The notes beneath the pieces are model-generated. The model saw only the letters and a program-made list of their open reading frames with translations. It searched no databases and was not told where the DNA came from. Made by a program: the position numbers and the translations under genes. A stretch of 61,848 nt of DNA, filler included, from Limisphaerales bacterium (GTDB lineage Bacteria; Verrucomicrobiota; Verrucomicrobiia; Limisphaerales; SIBE01), in assembly GCA_044225505.1 (NCBI GenBank). It is 2 parts of 2 records of this genome, joined end to end, with 100 filler letters (N's around TTAATTAATTAA, not from the genome) between each part and the next. Parts side by side here need not be neighbours in the genome. Positions count along the whole stretch, not along the records: positions 31,042 to 61,848 come from JBGAIN010000096.1; 1 more part is not named here. The stretch is one strand, 5' to 3'. How positions within the stretch are numbered: position 1 is the first letter of the stretch; each line of letters opens with the position of its first letter. Of this stretch, positions 40,184 through 50,674 are shown one piece after another.

Positions 40184-43100
40184 GTTTCGTTTCTATCTTT
40201 TTAAACCGTAATCCAAGCGGCCGCTCCCGCAGGACTGGCTGCTTGCTGACGGCACTCGTCCTGGGCAGTGCCCTGGCATGTCTGGACTTGGTTGCCGAGC
40301 CGTCCGCCGGTTCATTTCATTCTGCTTACTTCGAGAACGGCGGCGTTTTCGCCATGGCTGAACAAGCCGATGGAAAGCTCCTGGTGAGCGGAACATTCAA
40401 TACCGTTGATGGAAATGCCGTCAGCGGGATGGTGCGTCTCAAAGTCGATGGAACAGTCGATCCGACATTTGCCTTCGCCGACTATCAAAACGGTTACATT
40501 CGCGCTATCCTGCCCCTGCCGGACGGCAATATTTTAGTCGGCGGAACGTTCTTGGTCCGGACGGGCAGCGTTAACCCTAACGGCCTGGTCCGACTCACTA
40601 GCACTGGCGCGATCGACGCCACATTTGCCAGGCGGTCGGACTTTAACGGCGAGATTTGGAGTCTGGCGCGGGATTCCTCCGATCGAATCCTGGTGGCGGG
40701 CGCGTTCAATGTTTTTTCTGGCAGGAAAGCCAATCTGGTTCGGCTGCAACCCAGTGGTGCCGTCGATAGCACGTTTAATCCAAACGTGAATGACAGCCAA
40801 TTTCAGAGCATCAACGGCGTCGTGCAAAAGGTCGTCCTGTTGCCGGACCGGCGTATCCTGATCGTTGGAAATTTTACGGTGGTCCGAGGGATCCCGCGCG
40901 CGGGCGTCGCGGTCCTATTTGCCGACGGTGGAGTGGACCCTGCGTTTGACTTCACCGGCGATCACGATTGCTGTTTGGTGGACGCTTTGCTCACCGAAGA
41001 GGGTGGCATGTTCCTGGCCGGACAATTCACGACCTTCAACGGCCTTCGTCGAAGTGGGATTGTGCGCCTCAGCCAGGATGGTCAACTTGATTTGAGCGTC
41101 AAAGGGCTCTCGAGCGCGTTCCCGCAGGTCAAGGGGCTTGTGTCAGCGGATGACGGACGGTTGTTTTTGTCGGGTGTTTTTCGGAGCCCGTCGGGCACAA
41201 ACTGGTCGACGGGGGTTCAACTCTTCGCGGATGGCGAGGTGGATACCTCTTTTCAGTCCTCGACGACGCGCGACAGCGGCGAGGTCTTGGTGCGCAGTGC
41301 GTCAGGAGCGATCTACCAGGCGATGGCTGGGACCGGCGCTTCAGGCAACTACGGGTTTTGGATCGTTCGTCACGCGCCCGCCTCCCGCACGCCGTTCGCG
41401 CCGCGCCTCCTCACCAACCCTGAAAGCCAGCGGGTGCTCGAGGGGAACTCTGTGTTGCTTGCGGTCGAACATACCGCCGAACCGCGGCCCTCCTATCAAT
41501 GGCTGTTCAACAAAACCCCTTTGACCGGTGCGACCAATCGTGTGCTGCAATTGGCCAATGTTCGGCACAGTGCCGACGGAGAGTATCAACTGCAGATTGC
41601 CAACGACCTCGGAAACCTCACGACACCGATCCTCCGCCTTCAAGTGGACGGTGTCGCCGCCGGGCCTGGCCATGTGGATCTGGACTTCGACCCGGGCGCC
41701 GGTATCTCAGGAGGCCCAACGAGTTTGCTCGAACTCCCAGACGGAAAAATCCTGGTCACGGGGAGTTTTGGCTACGTCCAAGGGTTGCCCCGCCCTCGCG
41801 TGGTGCGGTTGCTTGCCGACGGCACAGTGGATCCCGACTTTGTACCCGAGGGAATGGAATACTTTAGCATCAACTTTGCGGGGCTGTCCGTTAGCAATAC
41901 GGTGGTTCTCGCCGGGCCGCTCAACCCGACCGTCTCCGGGCAACGATGGAAGGTCGTGCGTTTGTTGCCCAACGGCAACGTCGATCCGGGGTTCAAACCT
42001 TTTGTCACCGGGTACAACTTAGGTTTCGGGACCATGTTCCCAAACGCGGACGGCTTCGTTTACATCGCGGGAAGTCCAGATGCGAAGTTCAGCGGCATAT
42101 TCCGTCTCAAGCCGGACGGCACTCTCGACCCTACCTACCGCCTGCAAATCGATGGGTTACCCAGTCAAATGGTAGGGCAACCCGACGGTAAAATCCTCCT
42201 CCTCGGCTGGTTCAATATGATCCAGAATCAAGATCGCAATCGTTTAGCGCGCCTGAACGCCGACGGCAACCTCGATCTGAGCTTTATCCCGGAAGCGATT
42301 TACACGGATACGGTTCCCGAACACTTAGCGTTGATGCCGGACGGCAAGATCATCGTTTCCGACAACTTTTGGGGGGGTGGTGGATTTCGCGGGCGTGGAA
42401 TCTTCAGCCCGCCAGAATCACGACTGGTTCGTTTCAACGAAAATGGTTCGGTCGATCGATCCTTCCAGCCGGAAATTAATACCGAACATCAGATTGCCGC
42501 TGTCGCTACCCAGCCTTCGGGAACGATCCTTTTGGCGACCTTCCCGTTCGCTTACAGTGATACACCTCCGGCATTCCTGGTTCGACTCTTCCCGGATGGT
42601 AGCGTGGACCACGGATTTGATCCGGACTCCAACGCGCTCCAGACCACTACCGTAATTCCGCTTTCCGAAAATTATCTGCTCTTGGGGGGGAACTTCACTC
42701 AGGTCTCGGGAGTTAACCGCAATGGCTTGGCGCGAGTCGATGCTCACGCGTCAACGCCCACCACGCCTTCGATCGTGCGGTCCCCGTCCGGCAATGTGCT
42801 TCCGACGGGCGCCACGCTCCGGCTCAACGCCTCCGTCCACGCCTCTCCGCAAGCGAGATATCAGTGGCAGCGCGATGGTGTGGATCTTCCAGGGGAAACG
42901 AACCGGCTGCTCTCGCTGAAGAACATTGGTGGTTCGGCCGCGGGCGATTACCGAATCATCGCGACGAATCCGCTGGGGTCCACGGCCAGCGAACCGGCCA
43001 GAGTTCAAGTCACCCCGCCCGAGACCACGCCCGGAGCGGTTGATATCACATTTTATGGCGGCGATGGACCGAACGGCGCCGTAAATCAGCTGGTTGAACT

Positions 43101-45738
43101 TCCGGACGGCAAACTCTTGATCGCTGGCAACTTCAATGCCGTGGACGGTCGGACGCGGCCTCGCATCGCCCGGCTGAACGCCGACGGCACGCTGGACGAG
43201 AGCTTCGCTCCAGCTCAAGGGCCCAATAACGAAATCACATCCATGGTCGTGTTGGAGGACGGACAGATCGTCATCGGCGGACCGTTCGATACCGTCGCGG
43301 GAGAGGGCCGTTCGTTCGTCGCCACGCTTCGGCCGGATGGGACCGTCAACCGGACAAACACCATCAGCGCCGACACCCGGGTCATGCAGCTCATTCTGGC
43401 GTCCGATCACCAAATCATCGGCTGTGGCGATGGATTTGTCCGAGGATGGAATCAAAACGGCACGCCTAGCCGTAATTTTGGTTCGTTTAATTTTGACGGT
43501 GTCGCTTTGGCGGTCGCCGTTCAAACCGATGGCAAAGTCGTCTTCGCCGGAAACTTCACGACCGATGGCGTCGCTCGCCCGAACATCGCGCGCCTGTTAC
43601 CTACGGGGCAACTGGATTCGACCTTCAACCCGGGATTGGGGGCTAACGACCGGATTGACGACCTCGTTATCCAGCCGGATGGGAAGATCCTGATTGCAGG
43701 GGCGTTCACCAGCTTCAATCGCACTGATCAAGGTCGACTCGCGCGGCTCAACCCCGACGGTTCTTTGGACCCCTCGTTTCACGTCCCGCGCGGCGCGGAC
43801 CTCGGACGCATCGTCCCGGTGGGTCATTTCGGTCTGCGCGACGTCACCGCCGTGCATGCCCTTGGGCTCCAGAGCGACGGTCATATCGTCATTGGGGGCG
43901 AGTTCACGACTTACGATGGATTTCCCGTTGCTAACTTCGCCCGATTGTATCCGGACGGCGCGCTTGACCAAAACTTTGACATCAGGGCCGGATTTGGGCC
44001 TCCAGCTTCACGGCAGGGAGCGTGGTTCAGTGAATACAATCCGTTCTCTACCCGTTGGATTACGCGCGTGCATCCCACGCAAAACAATCGCGTTTTTGTT
44101 TTGGGGAACTTTCCCGGCATGGATCGCGTTGATCGTCCTCGCGTGATCAAGCTCGTTAGCGGTGACATCGCACCCTCCGCGCCGCTGGTTAAATCGTCCG
44201 GCCAGACATTGCAAGCTCGGTCCGGAACGAATGTCCAGTTGTTTGCCAAGGTGCTGGCGACGCCGCGGCCAACCTACCAATGGCTGCGCGATGATGTGCC
44301 AATTCCAGGAGCCACGGGCCCGGCCCTTTTCCTGGTCAACGTCGACCGTTCCAGTCAAGGCGAGTATCGTTGCATCATCAGCAACAGTCTCGGCACCGTT
44401 GAGTTCGTGGCCGGCCAGCTCAGTATCCTACCGCCCCGGATGGAGGCAGGCGCACTCGACACCCGCTATATTGCGGACCTCAATCCGTCCGCCCAGACTA
44501 GTAACGTCTCCTTCGACAGTGACGGGAAAATGATCATCATGGGCACTCTGCCGCGCTGGAATGCGGCGCCCTTGCCTCTGCTGTCTCGACGGCACCCGGA
44601 CGGGACCTTGGACCTGCTCTGGGATACCCGAACTCTAAATATTCAGGGAGTGGGCCTCAACCGGTCGATCTCACTTGCCGATGGCGGCATTTTGGTCAGC
44701 GGCTCACTGGATGTGCTTCTCACCAACGGCGAGACGAAAAATACGATGTGGTTGAAGATTGGCCCCGACGGGCTCCTCAGCACGAACTTCAATCTCTTGC
44801 CGAACATCTATAACGCCACCGCCATGACTAAGCTCGCGGATGGCAAAATCATGGTTGGTTGTGATAGCTCAACCGGATTTCGCTTGGTTCGATTGTTGCC
44901 CGACGGTACTCTGGATAAATCGTTTCCGTCCGATGTTTTCTGCGACAGCTCAGTCTACCACATCGCCGAAGATGCCCAGGGCCGGCTCTGGATCGGTGGC
45001 GAGTTTACCAAAGTCGCGAAAATAGTCCGGAATCGAATCGCACGCTTGACCCCCGACGGAAAGCTCGACACAAGCTTTGACTTTGGAGCGGGCCCGGACG
45101 GTGCGGTTAACTTCATCGCCCCTCGGCCGGACGGCTCTATAATCATCGGTGGCTGGTTCGGAACGATCCATGGCCTGCCGAAACCGCGCTTGGCTCGGAT
45201 TGACAGCCAAGGCGTCCTCGACGAGTCATTCCCTGTCGCGAACTCGGTCCTGAGCGCCTCAGATATTCAAAGCACGGCGGTCGCGCCGGATGGCCGAATT
45301 CTGCTTGCGGGATACATTGCGAATCCTCCCGATTTTAGCACGAGTTCGTTCGGTGTCTTAAGGCTCAACCAGGACGGATCGGAAGACGAGAGTTTCAACA
45401 CCGGCGCGGGATTTAACACCGCACAAACTCTCGGACGCTTCGGTGGGCCGTCTACTGCACTCTATGTAACGCCCTTAGGAAAGTTGATGGTCATCGGGCC
45501 ATTCAGTGCTGTCGATGGTCTGCCACGGCTCTCCATCGCGCGTCTTCTGTTGGAGCCGTTCCCCCGTCTGTTTCTCCAGTCGGCTTCGCAAGGATGGAGT
45601 TTCTTTTGGGACAACGGCGTTCTGGAAGGCGCCACGGCTGTCACCGGACCTTGGACGGTCGTTCCCGGCGCCAAGAGCCCCTGGAGTTTGCAGATCCCTG
45701 ATGCCGGCAAGTTCTTCCGCTTGAGGTTGGATCCATGA
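40180..45738 (+). CDS. Large secreted delta-60 repeat (beta-propeller) protein with three Ig-like domains and a C-terminal 'FYR'-type domain
   Basis: Repeats Q.DGKILI.G.F...RIARLN.DG.LD.SF, Ig motifs YQW..N...L.GAT...L...G.Y (three times), C-terminus ...GPW...GKFFRL. ATGA overlap with the previous gene. Confidence 0.88.
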   Translation: MSFVSIFLNRNPSGRSRRTGCLLTALVLGSALACLDLVAEPSAGSFHSAYFENGGVFAMAEQADGKLLVSGTFNTVDGNAVSGMVRLKVDGTVDPTFAFADYQNGYIRAILPLPDGNILVGGTFLVRTGSVNPNGLVRLTSTGAIDATFARRSDFNGEIWSLARDSSDRILVAGAFNVFSGRKANLVRLQPSGAVDSTFNPNVNDSQFQSINGVVQKVVLLPDRRILIVGNFTVVRGIPRAGVAVLFADGGVDPAFDFTGDHDCCLVDALLTEEGGMFLAGQFTTFNGLRRSGIVRLSQDGQLDLSVKGLSSAFPQVKGLVSADDGRLFLSGVFRSPSGTNWSTGVQLFADGEVDTSFQSSTTRDSGEVLVRSASGAIYQAMAGTGASGNYGFWIVRHAPASRTPFAPRLLTNPESQRVLEGNSVLLAVEHTAEPRPSYQWLFNKTPLTGATNRVLQLANVRHSADGEYQLQIANDLGNLTTPILRLQVDGVAAGPGHVDLDFDPGAGISGGPTSLLELPDGKILVTGSFGYVQGLPRPRVVRLLADGTVDPDFVPEGMEYFSINFAGLSVSNTVVLAGPLNPTVSGQRWKVVRLLPNGNVDPGFKPFVTGYNLGFGTMFPNADGFVYIAGSPDAKFSGIFRLKPDGTLDPTYRLQIDGLPSQMVGQPDGKILLLGWFNMIQNQDRNRLARLNADGNLDLSFIPEAIYTDTVPEHLALMPDGKIIVSDNFWGGGGFRGRGIFSPPESRLVRFNENGSVDRSFQPEINTEHQIAAVATQPSGTILLATFPFAYSDTPPAFLVRLFPDGSVDHGFDPDSNALQTTTVIPLSENYLLLGGNFTQVSGVNRNGLARVDAHASTPTTPSIVRSPSGNVLPTGATLRLNASVHASPQARYQWQRDGVDLPGETNRLLSLKNIGGSAAGDYRIIATNPLGSTASEPARVQVTPPETTPGAVDITFYGGDGPNGAVNQLVELPDGKLLIAGNFNAVDGRTRPRIARLNADGTLDESFAPAQGPNNEITSMVVLEDGQIVIGGPFDTVAGEGRSFVATLRPDGTVNRTNTISADTRVMQLILASDHQIIGCGDGFVRGWNQNGTPSRNFGSFNFDGVALAVAVQTDGKVVFAGNFTTDGVARPNIARLLPTGQLDSTFNPGLGANDRIDDLVIQPDGKILIAGAFTSFNRTDQGRLARLNPDGSLDPSFHVPRGADLGRIVPVGHFGLRDVTAVHALGLQSDGHIVIGGEFTTYDGFPVANFARLYPDGALDQNFDIRAGFGPPASRQGAWFSEYNPFSTRWITRVHPTQNNRVFVLGNFPGMDRVDRPRVIKLVSGDIAPSAPLVKSSGQTLQARSGTNVQLFAKVLATPRPTYQWLRDDVPIPGATGPALFLVNVDRSSQGEYRCIISNSLGTVEFVAGQLSILPPRMEAGALDTRYIADLNPSAQTSNVSFDSDGKMIIMGTLPRWNAAPLPLLSRRHPDGTLDLLWDTRTLNIQGVGLNRSISLADGGILVSGSLDVLLTNGETKNTMWLKIGPDGLLSTNFNLLPNIYNATAMTKLADGKIMVGCDSSTGFRLVRLLPDGTLDKSFPSDVFCDSSVYHIAEDAQGRLWIGGEFTKVAKIVRNRIARLTPDGKLDTSFDFGAGPDGAVNFIAPRPDGSIIIGGWFGTIHGLPKPRLARIDSQGVLDESFPVANSVLSASDIQSTAVAPDGRILLAGYIANPPDFSTSSFGVLRLNQDGSEDESFNTGAGFNTAQTLGRFGGPSTALYVTPLGKLMVIGPFSAVDGLPRLSIARLLLEPFPRLFLQSASQGWSFFWDNGVLEGATAVTGPWTVVPGAKSPWSLQIPDAGKFFRLRLDP

Positions 45739-45815
45739 CGGGCGCCTTGATCCGTGTCCGGCGCGGGGCGATGATGGGGCTTCCGGCAGGGCTCCGCCGC
45801 TTGTTTAAGCTGGCT

Positions 45816-45929
45816 GTGGCATTAGCCCGGCATTTCCAGTGCGCTAAAGCGTCCGAGCTATCTTCATTCATGCCTCCGGCATGTCCGTCTCGGCTAGGGC
45901 ATGCTGGCGAGAGACTTAAACGGTTGCCT
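45816..45929. repeat. REP/REPIN-like element, internally deleted copy of 52009-52249
   Basis: GTGGCATTAGCCCGGCATTTCCAGTG joined directly to CGCTAAAGCGTCCGAGCTAT...CATGCCTCCGGCATG...GGCGAGAGACTTAAACGGTTGCCT. Confidence 0.8.
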
Positions 45930-46025
45930 TTTCCTTGGAAACAGCGCCTATGCGGATGCTTCAACAGGCTCCTGGGGTTGCCGTTCAGCCTGGGATGCGT
46001 CATTCTGACGTCGAGCACGCGGACT

Positions 46026-46787
46026 ATGCCTGGTGTCAATTTCATAAGACCCCTGCTGCGCCTCTTGGGAATTCTCGGCGTCGTGTATGTGGGGGTTGTA
46101 GCAACGGTTTACTTTCGGCAACGGTCGATGCTGTTCTTCCCAACACACAGCGTGCGTCGAAGTGAACTGGTGCCTTGGACAGTCGAAGCTGGCACAATTG
46201 GATACTGTCGGGAGCGACCTCGTCCGCCAACGATTTGGTTGATGCTGCATGGGAACGCGGGTCAGGCCGCGGATCGAGAGTACGTTCTCCCACGGTTATC
46301 TGGGACCGACTCGCTCTATGTGGTTGAGTATCCTGGGTATGGGCTTCGAGACGGGAGCCCGTCACGGGTTTCGATGAACAAAGCGGCGTCGGAGGCATAC
46401 CAATGGTTGCGTTCGCGAAATCCGGGCACGCCCGTATGTGTCCTGGGAGAGTCCATTGGCAGCGGGCCTGCCTGCGAACTGGCGCGCGAGCCGGTTCCGC
46501 CGGACAAGATCGTTCTGGTCGTTCCATTCGATTCTTTGGAGCGCCTTGCCTCACGACGATTCCCATTTCTACCCATTCATTGGATGCTGCTGGATCGGTG
46601 GGACAATGCGGAGTCCCTGCGCACCTATCGTGGCCCGGTGGAGGTAATTGGGGCTAAGGGTGACGCAGTTATCCCGATTGCACACGCGGAGGCTCTGGTT
46701 CAGCAGGTTTCTCAAGCTCAGTTCACAGCCATTCCAGGCGGGCATAACGACTGGGCCGACTGCGACCAGGTACGAATCAAACACTGA
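46026..46787 (+). CDS. Alpha/beta hydrolase (ABHD13/17-like) with N-terminal TM anchor
   Basis: HGNAG, EYPGYG, nucleophile GESIG, D.VIP, GGHND. Confidence 0.85.
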   Translation: MPGVNFIRPLLRLLGILGVVYVGVVATVYFRQRSMLFFPTHSVRRSELVPWTVEAGTIGYCRERPRPPTIWLMLHGNAGQAADREYVLPRLSGTDSLYVVEYPGYGLRDGSPSRVSMNKAASEAYQWLRSRNPGTPVCVLGESIGSGPACELAREPVPPDKIVLVVPFDSLERLASRRFPFLPIHWMLLDRWDNAESLRTYRGPVEVIGAKGDAVIPIAHAEALVQQVSQAQFTAIPGGHNDWADCDQVRIKH

Positions 46788-46990
46788 GCGGTGGTCTTAG
46801 CCCGCTAAGACACATTTGTTGGGTCCGACGGAGGGAGAAGGTGGCAACAAAGGGAATCCTGGCCGCTCAGACGCGGAACTGGCCGGGCCCACCGGCGCGG
46901 TGATTCGCCTGATTTTTCTCTTTGAATCAGTGGATTTTCGCGCCAACATCCGCGTTCGCTTTGGCGCCGGCCGTGCCGAGCGCATGATTC

Positions 46991-48805
46991 ATGAAACGAA
47001 CGCATCATTGCAACCAATTGCGCCCCGAGCATATCGGGCAGACGGTGACTTTGGATGGATGGGTCCATTCGCGTCGCGACCTCGGCGGCTTGATCTTTAT
47101 CGATGTGCGTGACCGCGAGGGACGTACTCAAACTGTCTTCGACCCTTCCGACCTGCCCAAGCCGCTCTTTGACCAGGCGTCCGCATTGCGGAGTGAATGT
47201 GTCGTTCGCGTGATCGGGCAAGTCCGACGCCGTCCTGAGGGGACAAATAATCCCAAGATTGCCACGGGCGAGGTGGAAGTTGCGGCGCGGAGCATGGAAT
47301 TGCTCAATTATGCCGAAGTTCTGCCGTTCCCAGTGGACGATCCGGAAGTGGCCAACAAAGTGAACGAAGAGATGCGGCTGCAATACCGGTATTTGGACTT
47401 GCGGCGTCCGGAGATGATCCGCAATTTGCGGCTCCGCAGCAAGGTCGCGACGGCGACTCGCGTCTTCATGGAAGAACTGGGGTTTCTAGAAGTCGAAACG
47501 CCGACTTTGTTCAAATCCACGCCGGAAGGGGCGCGTGAGTTTATCGTCCCGAGCCGGGTTCATCCGGGGAAGTTTTACGCTCTGCCGCAGTCGCCGCAGC
47601 AGTTCAAGCAGATTTTGATGGTGGGAGGGATAGAGCGCTATTTTCAATTGGCACGCTGCTATCGCGATGAGGATCTCCGGGCGGATCGTCAGCCGGAATT
47701 CACGCAGATCGACATTGAAATGTCGTTCATTGAGCGAGAGGACATTTACGAGTTGATCGAAGGGTTGCTCAAGCGAGTCTGGAAGACCGCACTGGGCATG
47801 GAAATACCGACGCCTTTCCGGCGCATGTCTTTCACGGACGCGCTCGACCGGTACGGCATCGACAAGCCTGACACACGCTTTGGAATGGAACTCGCCGATT
47901 TCACCGAAGAGTTTCGGGGGAGCGGCTTCAAAGTATTTAGCAATGTGATTGCCGCGGGTGGGGTCGTGAAGGCGATTAATGCCAAGGGCTTAGCCGGAGC
48001 GACGCAAGGTCAAATCGAAACCATGACCGAGACAGCCAAAGGTTTTGGGGCGAAGGGACTCGCTTTCATTAAGGTTGAAGGCGGGGAATGGAAATCACCG
48101 ATCGTTAAGTTTTTTGGCCAGCCGGAAAAGGATGCCTTGACGCGCAAGTTGGGGATTGAAGAAGGAGACTTGGTGCTGTTTGCGGCCGATCAATGGCTCA
48201 ATGCCTGCGAGATCTTGGGCAAGATCCGCCTCTATTGCGCCGAAGTGCTGAAAGGGCAGGGGAAGCTGGCGATCGATCCGAGTCGGTTTGATTTCCTCTG
48301 GGTGGTCGACTTTCCGCTGCTCAGCTTTGATAAAGAGCAGAACCGCTGGTATTCCAGCCATCATCCGTTCACCGCTCCTGTCGTTGAGGATATTCCGCTG
48401 CTCAAAACGGATCCTAAAAAGGTGCACGGTCAGCATTACGATATCGTCGTCAATGGAGTCGAGTTGGGTGGCGGTTCGATCCGAATTCATCAGCCCGATG
48501 TGCAAAAGACGATCTTCGAGGAGATTCTGCAAATCCCTCCTGAGGAGACGAAACTGCGTTTTGGCTACATGCTGGACGCCTTTCGCTACGGAGCGCCGCC
48601 GCACGGCGGGATTGCGTTGGGTTTCGATCGCTTGATTGCCATCTTGTGTGGCACGCCGAGCATTCGCGATGTCATTGCCTTCCCCAAGACAGCCAAAGGG
48701 ACCGACTTAATGACCGATTCCCCGGCGCCAGTTCAGCCGCGGCAGTTGCGCGATCTGCATATCGACCTCAAAATCGCCAAACCGGAGACCGCTCCGAAGA
48801 GCTGA
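46991..48805 (+). CDS. aspS: Aspartate--tRNA ligase (likely non-discriminating Asp/Asn type)
   Basis: GWVHSRRDLGG, RYLDLRR, LPQSPQQFKQ, RDEDLRADRQPEFTQID, GAPPHGGIALGFDR. His in GWVH and Gly in RPEG fit the non-discriminating signature. Confidence 0.97.
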   Translation: MKRTHHCNQLRPEHIGQTVTLDGWVHSRRDLGGLIFIDVRDREGRTQTVFDPSDLPKPLFDQASALRSECVVRVIGQVRRRPEGTNNPKIATGEVEVAARSMELLNYAEVLPFPVDDPEVANKVNEEMRLQYRYLDLRRPEMIRNLRLRSKVATATRVFMEELGFLEVETPTLFKSTPEGAREFIVPSRVHPGKFYALPQSPQQFKQILMVGGIERYFQLARCYRDEDLRADRQPEFTQIDIEMSFIEREDIYELIEGLLKRVWKTALGMEIPTPFRRMSFTDALDRYGIDKPDTRFGMELADFTEEFRGSGFKVFSNVIAAGGVVKAINAKGLAGATQGQIETMTETAKGFGAKGLAFIKVEGGEWKSPIVKFFGQPEKDALTRKLGIEEGDLVLFAADQWLNACEILGKIRLYCAEVLKGQGKLAIDPSRFDFLWVVDFPLLSFDKEQNRWYSSHHPFTAPVVEDIPLLKTDPKKVHGQHYDIVVNGVELGGGSIRIHQPDVQKTIFEEILQIPPEETKLRFGYMLDAFRYGAPPHGGIALGFDRLIAILCGTPSIRDVIAFPKTAKGTDLMTDSPAPVQPRQLRDLHIDLKIAKPETAPKS

Positions 48806-48820
48806 TCCGCTCGTGCTCGC

Positions 48821-49429
48821 ATGGAGACTGTTCTTGAGGCGCAGTTTTCGACGGCGATCGATGCGCGCTTGCGCTGGATCAATCCGCCGTCCTGCTGGCG
48901 AGCGGGAGAAAACGGTCGAGGGCTCATTCTAGAGACCGATGCCGCGACGGATTTTTGGCAAGGGACGCACTACGGTTTTCGAGTCGATAACGGGCATGTG
49001 TTGGCCATGGAATTGGTCGGCGACTTCACGGTAACCACCCAGCTGTCGTTTCGGGCGGTCCATCAGTATGACCAGGCCGGATTGATCATTCGCAAAGATG
49101 CGGACTGCTGGATCAAAACTTCGGTTGAACATGAATTGGAAGGACCGGCGCAACTGGGGGTCGTGGTGACGAGTCACGGCTTTTCGGACTGGTCGTTGCA
49201 GAACTTTCCTTCTGGCCAGACTCAGGTTTGTTTGCGCCTGAGCAAGCGCGCTCAAGACCTCACCGCCGAGTGGAAAATGCCAACCGCGAGTGGCTGGACT
49301 TTGATGCGGGTTGCGCATTGGCATGCCCCCGCCGAAGCGCCTGTCTGGGCCGGCCTCTACGCGTGTAGTCCGAAGGGAGCAGGATTTCAGGCGGAGTTCT
49401 TCTCTCTGCAAATCACGCGTCCGGAATAA
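48821..49429 (+). CDS. DUF1349 (concanavalin A-like) domain protein
   Basis: TDFWQ.THYGF..DNGH, YDQAGL, WIKTSVE, SDWS, AGLYACSP. Confidence 0.85.
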   Translation: METVLEAQFSTAIDARLRWINPPSCWRAGENGRGLILETDAATDFWQGTHYGFRVDNGHVLAMELVGDFTVTTQLSFRAVHQYDQAGLIIRKDADCWIKTSVEHELEGPAQLGVVVTSHGFSDWSLQNFPSGQTQVCLRLSKRAQDLTAEWKMPTASGWTLMRVAHWHAPAEAPVWAGLYACSPKGAGFQAEFFSLQITRPE

Positions 49430-49465
49430 AACGAGTCTCTGACCGGTGGCGGGTCGTGTGAGTGG

Positions 49466-50608
49466 CTAGGCAGCGTGGCCGCCTCGGTAAGTCCGCGGAA
49501 CTCGGTAAGTGATGTTGGTCAGGATTTCCCAAGGAATCGTGTCACACCAACACGCGAGTTCAGTGGCTGTAATCGTTTGGCTTCCTTGAGTTCCGATCAA
49601 AGTCACTTCGTCACCTGGTCGTGCGTCACCGACCGTAGAAGCGTTAACGATCATTTGGTCCATCGTGACTCGTCCTAACACGCGGCAGCGCGCGCCACCA
49701 ATCAGGACGGAAGCCCGGTTGCTAGCTGCGCGAAGGTATCCGTCGCCGTAACCAGCAGAGATCGTTGCCAAACGCATCGCTGTTGGGGTGGTGTAAGTGT
49801 GTCCGTAACTGACCGGAGTTCCTGGTGGGACATCCTTCACGAACGTTACGCGGCACTTCCAAGAGAGGGCCGGGCGAAACCGGTGGTAAACATCTGTTTC
49901 GAGCGGTCGACTGCCAGGTGGGACAATGCCGTAAACCAAGAGCCCGGCCCGGACCGTATTTTCGATTGCTGACGAGTCGAGAAGGAGGCCTGCGCTGTTC
50001 GCGGCATGAATGTATGGAATCGGGGTGTTCGAGTGACAGCAACGGCTGACTGTTTGCGCAAAGATCTCCTGCTGGGTTTGGGTAAACACGGCATCGTCTT
50101 CCGCGGAGGAGTAGTGAGTATAAAGTCCCGAAACGGCGACTCCAGGCAATGCCCGAATGAACGGGAGGGCGGTTTCCAGGTTTTCCGGATTAAACCCGAG
50201 ACGCCCCATGCCGGTGTCCACCTTAAGGTGCAGGTGGACCGTGGTGCCTTGCGCCAACGCCTCGCGCGAGAATGCTCGCGCTTCGTCCAGGCTGGAGATG
50301 GTCGGCATGATCCCCTCGCGAACGGCTAATGATTTTTCGTGTGGCAGACACGCGCTGAGCATGAGGATGGGCCAACCCGCTCCCACGCTGCGAATTGCCC
50401 GGGCTTCCGCGAGATTGGCAACACCAAAGATATCCGTGCCGCTTTGCATCAGAACGGCGGCGATTTGACGTAGTCCATGCCCATAGGCATCCGCTTTCAC
50501 CACGGTGAGGACTTTGCGTCCTGCGCCGGCGGACGTCCTGATTTGCCCGAGGTTTTCTCGCAGCGCTTGGAGATCCACCTCAGCCCAACATCGATACGTT
50601 TCTGTCAC
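49466..50608 (-). CDS. alr: Alanine racemase
   Basis: VVKADAYGHG (PLP lysine), HLKVDTGMGRLG, HAANSA, GYGDG, GRVTMDQ. Confidence 0.96.
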   Translation of the reverse strand: MTETYRCWAEVDLQALRENLGQIRTSAGAGRKVLTVVKADAYGHGLRQIAAVLMQSGTDIFGVANLAEARAIRSVGAGWPILMLSACLPHEKSLAVREGIMPTISSLDEARAFSREALAQGTTVHLHLKVDTGMGRLGFNPENLETALPFIRALPGVAVSGLYTHYSSAEDDAVFTQTQQEIFAQTVSRCCHSNTPIPYIHAANSAGLLLDSSAIENTVRAGLLVYGIVPPGSRPLETDVYHRFRPALSWKCRVTFVKDVPPGTPVSYGHTYTTPTAMRLATISAGYGDGYLRAASNRASVLIGGARCRVLGRVTMDQMIVNASTVGDARPGDEVTLIGTQGSQTITATELACWCDTIPWEILTNITYRVPRTYRGGHAA

Positions 50609-50674
50609 AGCGAGGTCGTCTGGACTCTGGCAAGGTGAGAACTCTCGATGCGCATCGACAAAAACGCGGTCGTT

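Noticed and set aside
28984..45738. Treating the tRNA island and the secreted operon as one element
   Set aside because: They lie on different contigs joined by the artificial spacer. Adjacency is unsupported and their base composition looks different.
45735..46025. N-terminal 97 aa of ORF 45735..46787
   Set aside because: It reads through the REP-like repeat. The ATG at 46026 gives a normal TM-anchored hydrolase.
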